Positions 1 through 10,973 of a DNA stretch of 64,000 bases are shown here, piece by piece (the first letter of the stretch is position 1; each line of letters opens with the position of its first letter). The stretch is taken from assembly GCA_041483195.1 (NCBI GenBank), contig JBGPFC010000002.1, positions 159,706 through 223,705 of the forward strand, in the 5' to 3' direction. The notes under the pieces are model-generated. The model was not told where the DNA came from. It was given only the letters and a program-made list of their open reading frames with translations, and made no database searches. Source of the stretch: Candidatus Eiseniibacteriota bacterium (GTDB lineage: Bacteria; Eisenbacteria; RBG-16-71-46). Made by a program: the position numbers and the translations under genes.

Positions 1-687
1 GCGCTCACCCTCGCGCTCGATGGCCCGCACGCGCGTGCGCATGCGGAGATCGGCGCCGCGCTCGCGCAGGTGACGCTCGAACGCGTCGATCAGCGAACGG
101 TACCCGCGCGTGAGGCAGCCTTTCACCTCGGCCTTGGTCTTCTGCTCGCGGCTCATGCGACTCGACAGCCACAGCGCCGGGAGCGCCGGGTAGTGATCCC
201 CGATTTTCGCTGAGAGCAGCGGCTTCCACAGGATCTCGAACGCCCGCTCTCCGACCTTGCCCCGCACCCAGTCCGCGGCCGTGACGTCGTCCAGCGCGGC
301 GTTGGAGCCGTGCCTGCGCATCTGCAATCCCATCCAGCCCATGCGCAGCCGCTCGATCATCGTGAGCGGCGAGAACCGCAGCAGGTCGATCGCGTTGTTC
401 AGCGGGTAGACTTGCTTGCGGTACATGAAGCCCATGCGGGTTTCCCGCCACTGTAGCTCGCGCTCGAGCCCCAGTTCGCGGATCAGCGGGAGCAGCGCGG
501 TGTCCTGCGGAAGGATGCAGTGGTAAAAGCGCTCGAGGTGCCCGTCGCGGTACGGGAACGTGGTGCCGAGGCCGCCGAGAAAGTCCTCGCCCTCGTAGAG
601 CGTGACGTGCATGCCGAGGCCGGCGAGGCGCAGCGCGCTCGCGAGCCCCGAAATCCCGCCACCGATGACGGCGGCCGTCTTGGCCAT
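1..687 (-). CDS. FAD/NAD(P)-dependent oxidoreductase (protoporphyrinogen/amine-oxidase-like), runs off the left edge
   Basis: Manual translation from ATG at 687: MAKTAAVIGGGISGLASALRLAGLGMHVTLYEGEDFLGGL..ERFYHCI, a Rossmann GxGxxG motif. This frame is not in the ORF track because it has no stop in the window. Confidence 0.85.
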   Translation of the reverse strand, partial: MAKTAAVIGGGISGLASALRLAGLGMHVTLYEGEDFLGGLGTTFPYRDGHLERFYHCILPQDTALLPLIRELGLERELQWRETRMGFMYRKQVYPLNNAIDLLRFSPLTMIERLRMGWMGLQMRRHGSNAALDDVTAADWVRGKVGERAFEILWKPLLSAKIGDHYPALPALWLSSRMSREQKTKAEVKGCLTRGYRSLIDAFERHLRERGADLRMRTRVRAIEREGER

Positions 688-1069
688 GCATCCTTCCCAT
701 GTGCCGTGGGTGGGCACGGTTGGAGATCGCCCGGCGGTGTGCACGAAGCGCTTCGAGGGCGGCCGCGCGGCCCACCCCGGCTCAGAGCACGAGGATCCGC
801 ACCCGTTATCGGCGTCCGACCTCGCCGCCTGAAGCGCGGGGCCGCGTCATCCGGCGAGCGCGCGAGTCGTGGATCGCAAGCCCCATCGCTGCGGCGGCAG
901 CTTACGGGCGAGGGGCCGTCCCCGCAAGCGATGGATGCGCCCGCCCCGAGTGTTGCCGCTCCGCGAATCGCTGCCCTATGCTGCGCGACCGAGCGTCGCC
1001 CGGCGTCCGCCGGCGGATCGTGCGGCGGGACCCACGGGTGAAGCGCAGACGGGGCGAGGAGGAGCCGGA

Positions 1070-2644
1070 TTGACGAGTCCGAGCGCGGTCGACCAGAGGA
1101 CGTCCTTCCGGGGGTTGTGGCTGCTCGGCGCCGGGCTGCTCGCGGTGCGGTTCCTTCATCTCACCGGCCCGCTCGACGATCCGCACTCGTGGCGTCAATG
1201 CGACACGGTGGGCTATTCGCTCGACTTCTACCGTCGCGGGGTCGACCTCCTGCATCCCGCGGTGTGCTGGCTGGGGGCGCATCGCACGCTCATCTTCGAG
1301 CTCGCCCTGCCCGAGGCGATCAGCGCCATGCTCTATCGCGTGTTCGGGCCGAGCGCGGTGTGGGATCGCGTCGTGGCGCTGGGCTTCTTCGTGATCGCGA
1401 GTCTCTACTTCCATGCGCTCGTCCGGCGGGTGGCGGGACGGCGATCGGCGGCGCTCGCGACCGTCGCCTGGTTGGCGCTGCCGCTCGGCCAGTTCTTCTC
1501 GCGGGCCGCGCACGTGGATTTCGCGGCCACCGCGTTCGCGCACGCGCTCCTCTACCACGCCTGGGTCGCGCTCGAGCGCCGCTCGCCGGCGCACGCGGCG
1601 CTCGCGGGCGCGGCGGGCGCTTTGGCGGCGATGATCAAGGCGCCCTACCTGCTGCCCATCCTTCCGCCGCTGGCGCTGGTCGCGCTCGCGGCCCCGCTCG
1701 CGGCCATGGTGTGGATGGGCGCGCCGCTCGCGCTGTCCGCCGTGGCGTTCGCGATCTGGCGGCGTCACGTGGACGCGGTGAACGCGGCGGCCCCCGACTG
1801 GGATTTTCTCCCTGGCTACTACAAGGAAGTTAATCCGCTGTGGTGGTACTTCGGCGGCGCGTCGGAGCGTTTCGACACCGCGAGCTGGATCAAGCTCGCG
1901 CGACGGCTGCTGTTCGAAGTCGCGACCCCGCTCGGCGCGCTGCTCGCGATCGCGGGACTCGCGCCGCGCGCGACCAGGAGTCACGCGGGCGGCGGTCGCG
2001 TCGGCGCCGAGGCGGGGCCCGGTGCTCGCGCCTTCGCGCTGGCGTGGTCGCTGGGCGTGCTCGGCTACCTGCTCGTGTTCTTCCCGCTCAACGTGATCCA
2101 CGACTACTACCAGATCCCGTTCCTCGCGCCGGCCGCGCTGTGGATCGGTCTCGGGATGGATGCGCTCTGGGAGCGCGCCCCGCAGGTCGGACCCGTGCGC
2201 GCCGCCGCGCTCGCGCTGGCGGCCTTCGCGCTGCTCGCGGTATGGGCGCCGCGCCGGCTCGGCTACTACCGCGTGGACTGGCTGCGCGTGGAGGCGGGCC
2301 GCATGATCGACGCGCGGCTGCCCCGCGGCGAGCTGCTGATCGTGGCCGACCACAACTCGGGGTACAGCGATCCGCGACTGCTGCGTCGCGCCGATCGTGA
2401 GGGCTGGGCGCTCGCGATCGCGGACCTCACGCCGGACCGCCTGCGCACGCTCGCGGGGCTGGGTGCGCGGTGGGCCGCGGTGGTGACCAGCCCCGAGCAT
2501 CCGGGTCTCGCGCCGCCGCCGTCGCTGGCGTGGGCGCGCATCGCGGAGCTGCCGATCGTCCACGCGGGGCATCCGATCGGCACCCTCGGTCTGTACGATC
2601 TCGATCGCCCCGGGCCCCGGCCCCCGGGAGGGTCGACGCCGTGA
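1070..2644 (+). CDS. GT-C fold (ArnT/PMT-like) membrane glycosyltransferase
   Basis: Multi-TM protein with HSWRQCDT and MIKAP motifs. Probable TTG start after GGAGGAG, in the frame of ORF 869..2644. Confidence 0.7.
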   Translation: MTSPSAVDQRTSFRGLWLLGAGLLAVRFLHLTGPLDDPHSWRQCDTVGYSLDFYRRGVDLLHPAVCWLGAHRTLIFELALPEAISAMLYRVFGPSAVWDRVVALGFFVIASLYFHALVRRVAGRRSAALATVAWLALPLGQFFSRAAHVDFAATAFAHALLYHAWVALERRSPAHAALAGAAGALAAMIKAPYLLPILPPLALVALAAPLAAMVWMGAPLALSAVAFAIWRRHVDAVNAAAPDWDFLPGYYKEVNPLWWYFGGASERFDTASWIKLARRLLFEVATPLGALLAIAGLAPRATRSHAGGGRVGAEAGPGARAFALAWSLGVLGYLLVFFPLNVIHDYYQIPFLAPAALWIGLGMDALWERAPQVGPVRAAALALAAFALLAVWAPRRLGYYRVDWLRVEAGRMIDARLPRGELLIVADHNSGYSDPRLLRRADREGWALAIADLTPDRLRTLAGLGARWAAVVTSPEHPGLAPPPSLAWARIAELPIVHAGHPIGTLGLYDLDRPGPRPPGGSTP

Positions 2645-4191
2645 TGCGAGTGGCGCTGCGCGCGGCGCTGTGGGCGGTGTCGATCGCCTCGGTGCTCGTC
2701 TACCTCGCGCTCGCGATCCGGCGCATGGTCTACCCGCTCGAGCTCGACTGCATCGAGGGCGTGATGCTGGACCACGTTCGCCGGCTCGCCGCTGGCCAGC
2801 CGATCTTCGTCGAGCCCTCGCTCGGTTTCATTCCGCTCGCCTACATGCCGGGATTCGCGACCGCGAGCGCGCTGGTCGCCCGCTTCGCGGGAACGCACTT
2901 CTGGGTGCCGCGCCTGATCTCGGTGGCGGCGACGCTTGGCATCATGGGGGTGATCGCCTGCGTGGTTCGCGCGGAGACCCGGAGCTGGACCGCCGCGGTC
3001 GCGGGCGCGGGCCTCTACGCCATGGCGTTCGGGCTCACCGGTGGTTGTTACGATGTCGCGCGTCCCGACTCGCTCATGCTGCTGCTCGCATTCGGCGGGC
3101 TCGCGACGCTGCGCTTCACGCGCGGCGCGGCCGGCGCGATCGCGGCCGCGCTGCTCCTGACGGTGGCGTTCTTCACCAAGCAGCACGCCGCCTGGTTCGT
3201 GCTCGCCTCGCTCGCCCACCTCGCGTGGAACGACCGGCGGCGGCTCGGTCCGTTCGCGCTCGCGATCGCGCTGGGCTGCGGAGGCGGCTACGCTTTGCTC
3301 GCGGCGTGGCTCGGCCCGTGGTACCGGTTCTTCACGCTCGAGGTGCCGTCGGGCTGGTCGGAGCTGAGCAGGGGGCGGATCCTCACGTATCTCGGGCACG
3401 GCGTGTTCGGCACGCTCGCCCTGCTCTCGGTGCCGGTCCTGCTCTCGCTCGCGCGCGCCGAGCGTCCGTGGCGCGGCCCTTCGGGGATCTGGATGTGGGC
3501 GGGTCTGGGCGCGATCGGCACCGGTTTGCTCGCGACGCTCGACCCCAGCGCATACCGCCACGTGATGATCCCGACGATGGTGACGCTCGCGATCCTGGGA
3601 CCGATCAGCCTCGCGCGCGTGAGCCGGGATCTCGAGTCGGCGGGGGCGGGGGCCGCGCGCGTTCCGAGCGTGCTCTTCAGCGGCATGCTGCTGCTCCAGT
3701 TCGTGCCGCTGCTCTACCCGGTGCGAAGCCAGATGCCGCACCCGCACGCGGCCGAGGCGCACGCCGCGCTGCTGGGGCGGCTGCGTTCCATCGAAGGCGT
3801 CGTGCTCATGCCCTATCACGGATTCTATCTGTCGCAGGCCGGGAAGCCGGTCTCGCTCCAGATCATCGCGCTCGACGACATCCTGCGCGCACGCGGGAAC
3901 CGTCTGCTGGCCCGGGACCCGCGGTTCCTCGATCGCATGTTCGAGCCGCTGCGGCGCGGGCCCCATCGTCCCGCGATCGTCACCGACATCCCGCTCGAAC
4001 GGGGCAACAGCGCGCTGTGGCGATCGCTCGCGCCGGTCTACGCGCTGGCCGACACGCTGGGCTGGATCTCCGAGCCGCTCCGTCCGGTGACCGGGAATCC
4101 CTACGCCCCGCGCTACCTCTACCTGCCGGTCGAGCCGGCGGCGAGCGAGGCCGCGAGCGCGCCGGCGTCGGCACCGGGCCGCGCGCCGTGA
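2644..4191 (+). CDS. GT-C fold membrane glycosyltransferase-like protein
   Basis: YPLELDCIEG, ARPDSL and FFTKQ motifs with many TM helices. The ATG overlaps the upstream stop. Confidence 0.7.
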   Translation: MRVALRAALWAVSIASVLVYLALAIRRMVYPLELDCIEGVMLDHVRRLAAGQPIFVEPSLGFIPLAYMPGFATASALVARFAGTHFWVPRLISVAATLGIMGVIACVVRAETRSWTAAVAGAGLYAMAFGLTGGCYDVARPDSLMLLLAFGGLATLRFTRGAAGAIAAALLLTVAFFTKQHAAWFVLASLAHLAWNDRRRLGPFALAIALGCGGGYALLAAWLGPWYRFFTLEVPSGWSELSRGRILTYLGHGVFGTLALLSVPVLLSLARAERPWRGPSGIWMWAGLGAIGTGLLATLDPSAYRHVMIPTMVTLAILGPISLARVSRDLESAGAGAARVPSVLFSGMLLLQFVPLLYPVRSQMPHPHAAEAHAALLGRLRSIEGVVLMPYHGFYLSQAGKPVSLQIIALDDILRARGNRLLARDPRFLDRMFEPLRRGPHRPAIVTDIPLERGNSALWRSLAPVYALADTLGWISEPLRPVTGNPYAPRYLYLPVEPAASEAASAPASAPGRAP

Positions 4192-5093
4192 TCCGTCCGC
4201 TCGCCACGGTCAGCGTGGACGTGGACCCGGTCGATCTCCACCTGATCGGCTACGGGTTCCGCGACCTCCCGCCCGACCCGCTGAGCTACGAGCGCGCGCT
4301 GCCGCGACTGCTCCAGTGCTTCGAGCGTCACGCGATCCGCGCCACGCTGTTCTTCGTCGCGCGCGATGCGCAGGGTCAGGCGCCGGCGATCCGCGCGCTG
4401 ACCGCCGCTGGACACGAGGTCGCGAGCCACTCGCTCACGCACCCGATGGCGTTCGCGAAGCTCTCGCCAGAGCGCCAGCGCGCGGAGCTGGAGGGATCGA
4501 AGCGCGCGCTCGAAGCGGCAGGAGCGGGGGAGGTGGCCGGCTTTCGTTCACCCAACTTCGACATGGACGCTCGCGCGCTTGCGGCGCTCGCCGCGGCCGG
4601 GTACCGCTACGACGCGTCGGGCTATCCCACGCCGCTCCTGTTTCCCGCGCGCGTGGTGCTCGCGCTCAAGAGCCGCGATCCGCTCGCGGTGTTGCGGCTG
4701 CGGCCCTGGCCCTTCACGCTGCGGCGCGCCCCGCACACGCTCGATGCCGGCGGCCGTTCGCTGCGCGAATTTCCGGTGAGCGTCACGCCCGGGGCGCGCT
4801 TCCCCGTCTATCACACCCTGCGCTACGGAATGAGCGACGCGCGCTTCGCCGGCACGCTCGACGGGTTCGTGCGTCGCGGCGAGCCGCTCTCGTATCCGCT
4901 CCATGCGGTGGACGCGCTCGGGTTCGCCGAAGACGGCGTGGACCCGCGCCTCGCCGGACACCCGGGCATGGCCACCGCCCTCGCCGCCAAGCTCGACCTG
5001 CTCGAACGCAGCCTGAAGGCGATCGCCGAGCGATTCGAGACCGCGACGTTTCGTGAGCGGCTGGACCGCGAAGGCGGCGCGCGCACGGAATGA
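4188..5093 (+). CDS. Polysaccharide deacetylase (CE4/NodB family)
   Basis: SVDVD, RATLFFV, GHEVASHSLTH, GFRSP and YRYDAS motifs. GTG start overlaps the upstream stop. Confidence 0.85.
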   Translation: MIRPLATVSVDVDPVDLHLIGYGFRDLPPDPLSYERALPRLLQCFERHAIRATLFFVARDAQGQAPAIRALTAAGHEVASHSLTHPMAFAKLSPERQRAELEGSKRALEAAGAGEVAGFRSPNFDMDARALAALAAAGYRYDASGYPTPLLFPARVVLALKSRDPLAVLRLRPWPFTLRRAPHTLDAGGRSLREFPVSVTPGARFPVYHTLRYGMSDARFAGTLDGFVRRGEPLSYPLHAVDALGFAEDGVDPRLAGHPGMATALAAKLDLLERSLKAIAERFETATFRERLDREGGARTE

Positions 5094-5152
5094 CCGCGCG
5101 CGGCCGGCGTACCTTGGGACGATCGCACGACTCGGCACCCCGGAGGCACTCC

Positions 5153-6517
5153 ATGAATCGCCCGATTTCGCTGCTGACGCTTGGACTCACGACGCTCGCG
5201 CTCGGCGCGCCGCCCGCGTCCCGCGCGGGCGCGGCGCCCGCCGGCCCGGCGGTCACGATCTACGGCCACGACCTGGGTTTCGTCAGCGAGACCCGCGCGT
5301 TCGACCTGCGCTCCGCCCGCGACACCGTCCGTCTCGCGGGAGTCCCCGACCGCATCGATTTCTCATCGGTGCGCCTCGCGGCCGGTGACGCGAGGCTGAC
5401 GCGGCTCGCCTACCGCTACGACGTCGCGGGGGGCGATGCGCTGATCGAGCGCGCGAAGGGGAGCCGGGTGCGCGTGACCTCGCGCGGCGATCGGATGACG
5501 GAGGGCACGCTGGTGGCGGCGGATGAATCCTGGCTGGTGGTGCGCTCGGACGACGGAGCCCTGAGCACGCTCGCGCGCGTGGCGGTCGATGCCGTGGCGC
5601 TGGCCAGCCCCCCGGCCGGCATCACGTTACGCCCGACATTGGAAGCGGTGCTGGAGGGCGGAAAGCGCTGCCACACCGAGGCCGAGCTGAGCTATCTGAC
5701 CGGGGGCCTCTCGTGGAGCGCGGAGCACACCGTGGTGCGACGCGGCGAGGGCGCGGCCACCTGGTCGACCACGGTGACCGTCGACAACCAGACCGGGCGC
5801 GAGTTCGCGGACGCCACGCTCAAGCTGGTGGCCGGCGAGCCGCAGCGCGCGGCACCCCCCCCGATGCCGATGGCACGCAAGGCCGTGATGCAGATGGACG
5901 TGATGGCGGGCGCCGGCGCCGACTTGAGCGAGCAGTCGTTCGCCGAGTACCACCTCTATACCCTCGATCGCCCCGCGACCCTGCGCGATCGGGAAACCCA
6001 GAGCCTGACGCTGCTCGATCCGCGGAGCGTGAAGGTCGTGCCGCGGTACCTGTATCGGGGCGGCGACCCGCGTGGCGTGCGCACCCAGCTGATCGTGAAG
6101 AACGAGGCCGCCGCGGGGCTCGCGGTGCCGCTGCCCGGCGGGCGGGTGCGATTCTACGAGGCGGATCCCGCGGGCGATCTCCAGTTCACGGGCGAGACCA
6201 CCATTCTCCACACCGCCGAGGGCGAGGCGCTGACCCTCGAGGTCGGGCAGGCGTTCGACCTGGTCGCGGAGCGGCGCGAGATCTCGAACCGGCGAATCTC
6301 GGATCGCGAGCGCGAGGTGCAGGTCGAGATCAAGCTGCGCAACCGGAAGAAGAGCGACGCCACGATCGTCGTCGAGGAGAACGTGGGCGGCGACAACGAG
6401 GTGATCCAGAAGACACACGACTACACGCGCAAGGACGCGAGCACGCTGACATTCGTCATTCCGGTCGCGGCGGGGAAGGAAGCGGTGATGAGTTACACGG
6501 TGCGGTTGCGCTATTGA
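5153..6517 (+). CDS. Secreted DUF4139-domain protein
   Basis: Signal peptide; VTIY..DLGFV, SYLTGGLSWSA and EYHLY motifs; ends YTVRLRY. RBS GGAGG. Confidence 0.75.
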   Translation: MNRPISLLTLGLTTLALGAPPASRAGAAPAGPAVTIYGHDLGFVSETRAFDLRSARDTVRLAGVPDRIDFSSVRLAAGDARLTRLAYRYDVAGGDALIERAKGSRVRVTSRGDRMTEGTLVAADESWLVVRSDDGALSTLARVAVDAVALASPPAGITLRPTLEAVLEGGKRCHTEAELSYLTGGLSWSAEHTVVRRGEGAATWSTTVTVDNQTGREFADATLKLVAGEPQRAAPPPMPMARKAVMQMDVMAGAGADLSEQSFAEYHLYTLDRPATLRDRETQSLTLLDPRSVKVVPRYLYRGGDPRGVRTQLIVKNEAAAGLAVPLPGGRVRFYEADPAGDLQFTGETTILHTAEGEALTLEVGQAFDLVAERREISNRRISDREREVQVEIKLRNRKKSDATIVVEENVGGDNEVIQKTHDYTRKDASTLTFVIPVAAGKEAVMSYTVRLRY

Positions 6518-6524
6518 GGCGCGC

Positions 6525-7748
6525 GTGACGCACGGGATGCCGGCGGCCGCCGACGAGCGCGTCGGGTTCGTGCTCCGCCTCGGCCGCGCGCTCCACACGC
6601 ACGGCGTCTCGGCGGACCGCCTCGAGGACGTGCTCGACCAGGTGTCGCGGCGGCTCGGCCTCGAGGGGCAGTTCTTCTCGCAGCCCACCTCCATCTTCGC
6701 CGCGTTCGGCGCGCAGGACCGGCAGCACACGTTCCTCATGCGCGTCGACCCGGGCGAGGTGCACCTCGAGCGGCTCGCGGAGCTGGACGGCGTCGCACGC
6801 GATCTGCTGCGCGGCACGCTGGGTCCGGCCGATGGCTCGCGCCGCGTCGATGCGATCACCGGCTCGCGGGCGCGATATGGCGCGGCGCTCACGACGCTGG
6901 CGTTCGGCGTCTCGTCGGGCGCGGCCGCGCGGTTCCTGGGCGGCGGCGCGCGCGAGGTGGCGCTGGCCGCGGCGATCGGGATCATGACCTCCGTGCTCGC
7001 CCGGCTCACCGGGCGCGCGCCCGCGACGCGCCGGGTGTTCGAGCCGCTCGCAGCTTTTGCGGCGGCGCTGCTCGCGGCGGCCGCGAGCGTGAAGCTCGGC
7101 GCGCTGTCCGTCACCATCGCGACGCTCGCCGGGATCATCGCGCTCATCCCCGGCCTCACGCTTACCACCGCGATGACCGAGCTCTCGACCCGTCACCTGG
7201 CGTCGGGCACCGCGCGGCTCACCGGCGCGGTCGTGTTGTTCGTCGCGATCGCCTTCGGCGTGGCGCTCGGCGGAAGGATCGCGGCGATCGGACTGGGCGC
7301 CTCGCGCATCGCGGCGCCGGTGCCGCTCGCGGGCTGGACCGAGTGGCTGGCGCTGCTGGTCGCGCCGCTCAGTCTCATGGTGCTGTTGCGAGCGGCACCG
7401 CGCGACGCGCCGTGGATCCTGGGCGCCGGCGCTCTCGCGTTTCTCGGCGGACGCCTCGGCGCGCACGCGCTCGGACCCGAGCTCGGCGTCTGCGCCGGCG
7501 CGCTCACCGCGGGGCTCGCGGCGAACGCGTATGCGCGGCGGGTCGACCGCCCCGCCGCGGTCGCGCTGGTGCCCGCCATCCTGCTGCTGGTGCCGGGAAG
7601 CGTGGGATTCCGCAGCCTGGTCTCGCTCCTCGATCGCGAGGTGGTGCTGGGCGTCGAGACCGCGTTCCGCACCGTGCTCATGCTGTCCGCGCTGGTCGCG
7701 GGATTGCTGCTCGCGAACATCGTGCTCCCCGCGCGCCGCGCGGGGTAG
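6525..7748 (+). CDS. Threonine/serine exporter ThrE family
   Basis: LGRALHTHG..RLE N-terminus, IIALIPG and LLVPGS motifs, about 10 TM helices. Confidence 0.85.
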   Translation: MTHGMPAAADERVGFVLRLGRALHTHGVSADRLEDVLDQVSRRLGLEGQFFSQPTSIFAAFGAQDRQHTFLMRVDPGEVHLERLAELDGVARDLLRGTLGPADGSRRVDAITGSRARYGAALTTLAFGVSSGAAARFLGGGAREVALAAAIGIMTSVLARLTGRAPATRRVFEPLAAFAAALLAAAASVKLGALSVTIATLAGIIALIPGLTLTTAMTELSTRHLASGTARLTGAVVLFVAIAFGVALGGRIAAIGLGASRIAAPVPLAGWTEWLALLVAPLSLMVLLRAAPRDAPWILGAGALAFLGGRLGAHALGPELGVCAGALTAGLAANAYARRVDRPAAVALVPAILLLVPGSVGFRSLVSLLDREVVLGVETAFRTVLMLSALVAGLLLANIVLPARRAG

Positions 7749-7908
7749 TCGGGGGCATCGAGCCGGGGCGCCCACGAGGAAGATGGCGCCTCGCGCACTC
7801 GACCGGTCCCCCGCGCTCGGGTAGCATCGCGCCCCGAATCCCTCGGCGCGGCACGAGCCGAATGCTCGAGCCGTCTGCTGGGCATCCCACGACCCCCGGA
7901 GTCGCCCG

Positions 7909-10830
7909 TTGAACCCTCTCGAACAACGCGTGCGCGCCCTGCTCGATGGCCGATATCGCATCGAGCGCGAGATCGGCCGTGGCGGGATGGCGACGGTCTA
8001 CCTGGGCGAGGACCAGAAGCACCATCGGTCGGTGGCGATCAAGGTGCTCGACCCGGATCTGAGCGCGATGCTCGGCCCGGAGCGCTTCCGCCAGGAGATC
8101 GCCTTCGCCGCGCGGCTCCAGCATCCGCACATCCTCACGCTGCTCGACTCGGGCGCCGGCGACGGCCTCCTCTATTACGTGATGCCATACGTCGAGGGCG
8201 AGTCCCTCCGCAGCCGCCTCGATCGTGAGCGGCAGCTTTCGGTCGACGAGGCGCTGCGGCTGACGGAAGAAGTCGCGCGGGCGCTCGACTACGCGCACCG
8301 TCAGGGCATCGTTCACCGCGACATCAAGCCCGAGAACATCCTGCTCGCGGACGGCGAGCCGATGATCTCGGACTTCGGGATCGCGCGCGCGGTGCGCGCG
8401 GCGGGCGGCGAGCAGCTCACTCAGTCGGGCACCACGCTCGGCACCCCGCCCTACATGAGCCCCGAGCAGCTCGCGAGCCAAGCTGACGTGGACGGACGCA
8501 GCGATCTCTACAGCCTCGGCTGCGTGCTCTACGAGATGCTGGCCGGACAGCCGCCCTTCACCGGCCCGCCGCAGACGCTCGCGCACCAGCACCTGAACCT
8601 CGCGCCGCGACCCGTTTCGGAGATGAGGCCGACGGTTCCGGGCGCGCTCGACGAAGTCCTGCAACGCGCGCTCGCGAAGACGCCCGCCGATCGCTTCGCA
8701 ACGGCTTCGCAGCTCGCCGACGCGGTGCGGGCCACCTCGACGCGGGCGGCCATCGCGGCAACCCCGCCACCGGCCGCGCCGCCGATCGCGATCGCGGGGC
8801 CGGCGCCCTCCGTTCCCGCGGAGCCGTCCTCGCCCGTGCGCGCGCCTTCGCGCCGTGGGGCCGGGCGCGCGGCCGTCCTCATCGCGTTGTTCGCGATCGT
8901 GGGAGCGATCGCCGCGTGGCGCTCGGGTCTGATCGATCGCGTGCTTCACCGCTCGCGAGCGCCGGTGGCCACGCAGCGCCAGTGGCTCTGGCTCGCGTCG
9001 TTCAACGGGCCGGCGGATGATCCGAGCATGGCGGGCGCGGCGCGTGACCTGGTCGCGGCGGCGCTGGATCAGTCCGAGCGGGTCGCGACCGTTCCGGCGG
9101 AGCAGGTGCGCATCGCGCTGCGCAACGCGGGCCGGCCGGAGTCCACGCGGGTGGATGGGCCGCTCGCGCGCGAGCTGGCCTACCGGTCGTCCATCCCGGT
9201 CGTGGTGGAGGGAAGCATCGGGCGGATCGGGAGCGGTTACAGCATCGCGCTGAACGCCACCAACGCGAGCGACGGCCACGTCATCTTCACCACCGAGGGC
9301 ACCGCGGCCGACGAGGGGGCGATCATTCCCGCGCTCACGAGGCTCGCGCGCGAGCTGCGCAAGGGACTGGGCGAGCGCTCCGCGGGCTTCCGCGTCGAGC
9401 AGACGATGGGCGACGCGCCGACGCCTTCGTTCGAGGCGTTCAAGCTTTATGTCCGCGGCCGCACGCTGATCAACGACGACGAACCAGGCGCGGCCGTCCC
9501 GATCCTGCGGCGGGCGCTCGCGCTCGATTCGGCGTTCGCGGTCGCGTGGGGCGCGCTCGGCACCGCGTTCGCCAACATGGGCCAGCCCGATTCCGGGCTC
9601 GCGGCACAAGGCGAGGCGCTGAAGCATCCGGAACGTCTGACCGAACTCCGCCGCCTCGACGCGCTCGGAAAGATCGCGCTCATCCGGGGCGACTCGCGAG
9701 CCGCGATGGAGGCCTACGATGGCATGTTGAAGCTGAACCCCTCGCCGACCGACGCGGCCGTCGCGCTCAACAATCTGGCGATCGCTCTCAGCTCGCTCGG
9801 CCAGGATGAGCAGGCGCTCGCGATGTACCGCCGCGCGGCCGCGGCCTGGCCGATCGCCGCCCCTCCCATATCGGACAACAACATCGCCTCCGCGCTGATC
9901 GGGGTCGGGCGTCCCGAGGAGTCGCGCGCCGTCGCGGCGCGAATGAAGGGCGACCCGGCGGCGCTGGCCATGCTCGACGTCCTGCTGGTGGAACGTGATT
10001 GGGTCCACGCGGACAGCATCGCCATGGCGCTGGACCTGGAGCCGCGGGCCGGGCTGCTGGCCCGCTCGATCGCGGGCGAGGCGCATGCATCGATCCTCGC
10101 CGCTCGCGGTGAGCTCGGGATCGCGGCTCGCGTTCTCGATCGCATCCAGGAGCGGGCGGCCGCGGAGGGGCGCGCGGGGTTTGCGGCCGTGGCCTGGTCG
10201 GACCGGGCGTGGCTTGCGTATCTCGCGGGGCATGAGGCTCCTTCACCACCTGCGCCCGCCGGTCAAATCTTCCCGGGTCCGAGCGCATCCGCGCTGGGGG
10301 CCGCGATGCACGGCGATTCGGCGGCCGCGAACCGGTGGATGGCGGCCTGGAGTCCGAACGGCGGCCCAGAACCGCGTCGGACTTTCGCGGCGCTGATCGC
10401 GGGCTGGCTCGACTGGCGGCGGCAGCGCTGGTCTCGAGTGCTCGAGGATCTGCGCGAGACCGCCCGAGGCGGGCTGCGGGAGGGAGTGCCTCCCGTCGAG
10501 GGCCTGCGGCTGCCGGCGCGCTGGCTGATGGCCGACGCGTTCGAGAAGCTCTCTCAGCCGGATTCGGCGGCCGTCTATCTGGGCCTCATGCTCGATCCCC
10601 CGGGCCGCCACACTCGCGTGTTGTCCACGCGCGGCCTGTCGGAGCCGTTCGTGCGCCGGCGGCTGGTCGCGCTCAACGTCGCGCTCGGGCGGATCGGCGA
10701 GGCGCGGCGCCAGTGGGACCAGCTGGCGGAAACCTGCACGCGCCCCGATCCGCCGCTGGCGGCCATGCTGTACGACACCCGCACCGCGCTGCTGTCGGCG
10801 GAGGCGATGCGGGGCGCGGCGAGGAAATAG
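7909..10830 (+). CDS. Hanks-type Ser/Thr protein kinase with a TM helix and C-terminal TPR-like repeats
   Basis: [25 protein letters not shown] and GTPPYMSPE motifs, then a Pro/Ala linker, a TM segment and helical repeats. Confidence 0.9.
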   Translation: MNPLEQRVRALLDGRYRIEREIGRGGMATVYLGEDQKHHRSVAIKVLDPDLSAMLGPERFRQEIAFAARLQHPHILTLLDSGAGDGLLYYVMPYVEGESLRSRLDRERQLSVDEALRLTEEVARALDYAHRQGIVHRDIKPENILLADGEPMISDFGIARAVRAAGGEQLTQSGTTLGTPPYMSPEQLASQADVDGRSDLYSLGCVLYEMLAGQPPFTGPPQTLAHQHLNLAPRPVSEMRPTVPGALDEVLQRALAKTPADRFATASQLADAVRATSTRAAIAATPPPAAPPIAIAGPAPSVPAEPSSPVRAPSRRGAGRAAVLIALFAIVGAIAAWRSGLIDRVLHRSRAPVATQRQWLWLASFNGPADDPSMAGAARDLVAAALDQSERVATVPAEQVRIALRNAGRPESTRVDGPLARELAYRSSIPVVVEGSIGRIGSGYSIALNATNASDGHVIFTTEGTAADEGAIIPALTRLARELRKGLGERSAGFRVEQTMGDAPTPSFEAFKLYVRGRTLINDDEPGAAVPILRRALALDSAFAVAWGALGTAFANMGQPDSGLAAQGEALKHPERLTELRRLDALGKIALIRGDSRAAMEAYDGMLKLNPSPTDAAVALNNLAIALSSLGQDEQALAMYRRAAAAWPIAAPPISDNNIASALIGVGRPEESRAVAARMKGDPAALAMLDVLLVERDWVHADSIAMALDLEPRAGLLARSIAGEAHASILAARGELGIAARVLDRIQERAAAEGRAGFAAVAWSDRAWLAYLAGHEAPSPPAPAGQIFPGPSASALGAAMHGDSAAANRWMAAWSPNGGPEPRRTFAALIAGWLDWRRQRWSRVLEDLRETARGGLREGVPPVEGLRLPARWLMADAFEKLSQPDSAAVYLGLMLDPPGRHTRVLSTRGLSEPFVRRRLVALNVALGRIGEARRQWDQLAETCTRPDPPLAAMLYDTRTALLSAEAMRGAARK

Positions 10831-10973
10831 CGGGCGATGCAGGGCCGGGCGCGCTCGCGCGCTCGCGCGATCGCGGCTCAACCACGCGAGCGTCGCCAGC
10901 GTGCGCGGGGGCGGGCGCCGCGCTTCGCCGCCCGCTCGACCGCACCCCCCGCCTCCGCTACCATCGCCCGGCC

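Noticed and set aside
7909..10830. Kinase-TPR gene as part of a defence system
   Set aside because: It is a common stand-alone architecture with no defence-associated neighbours.
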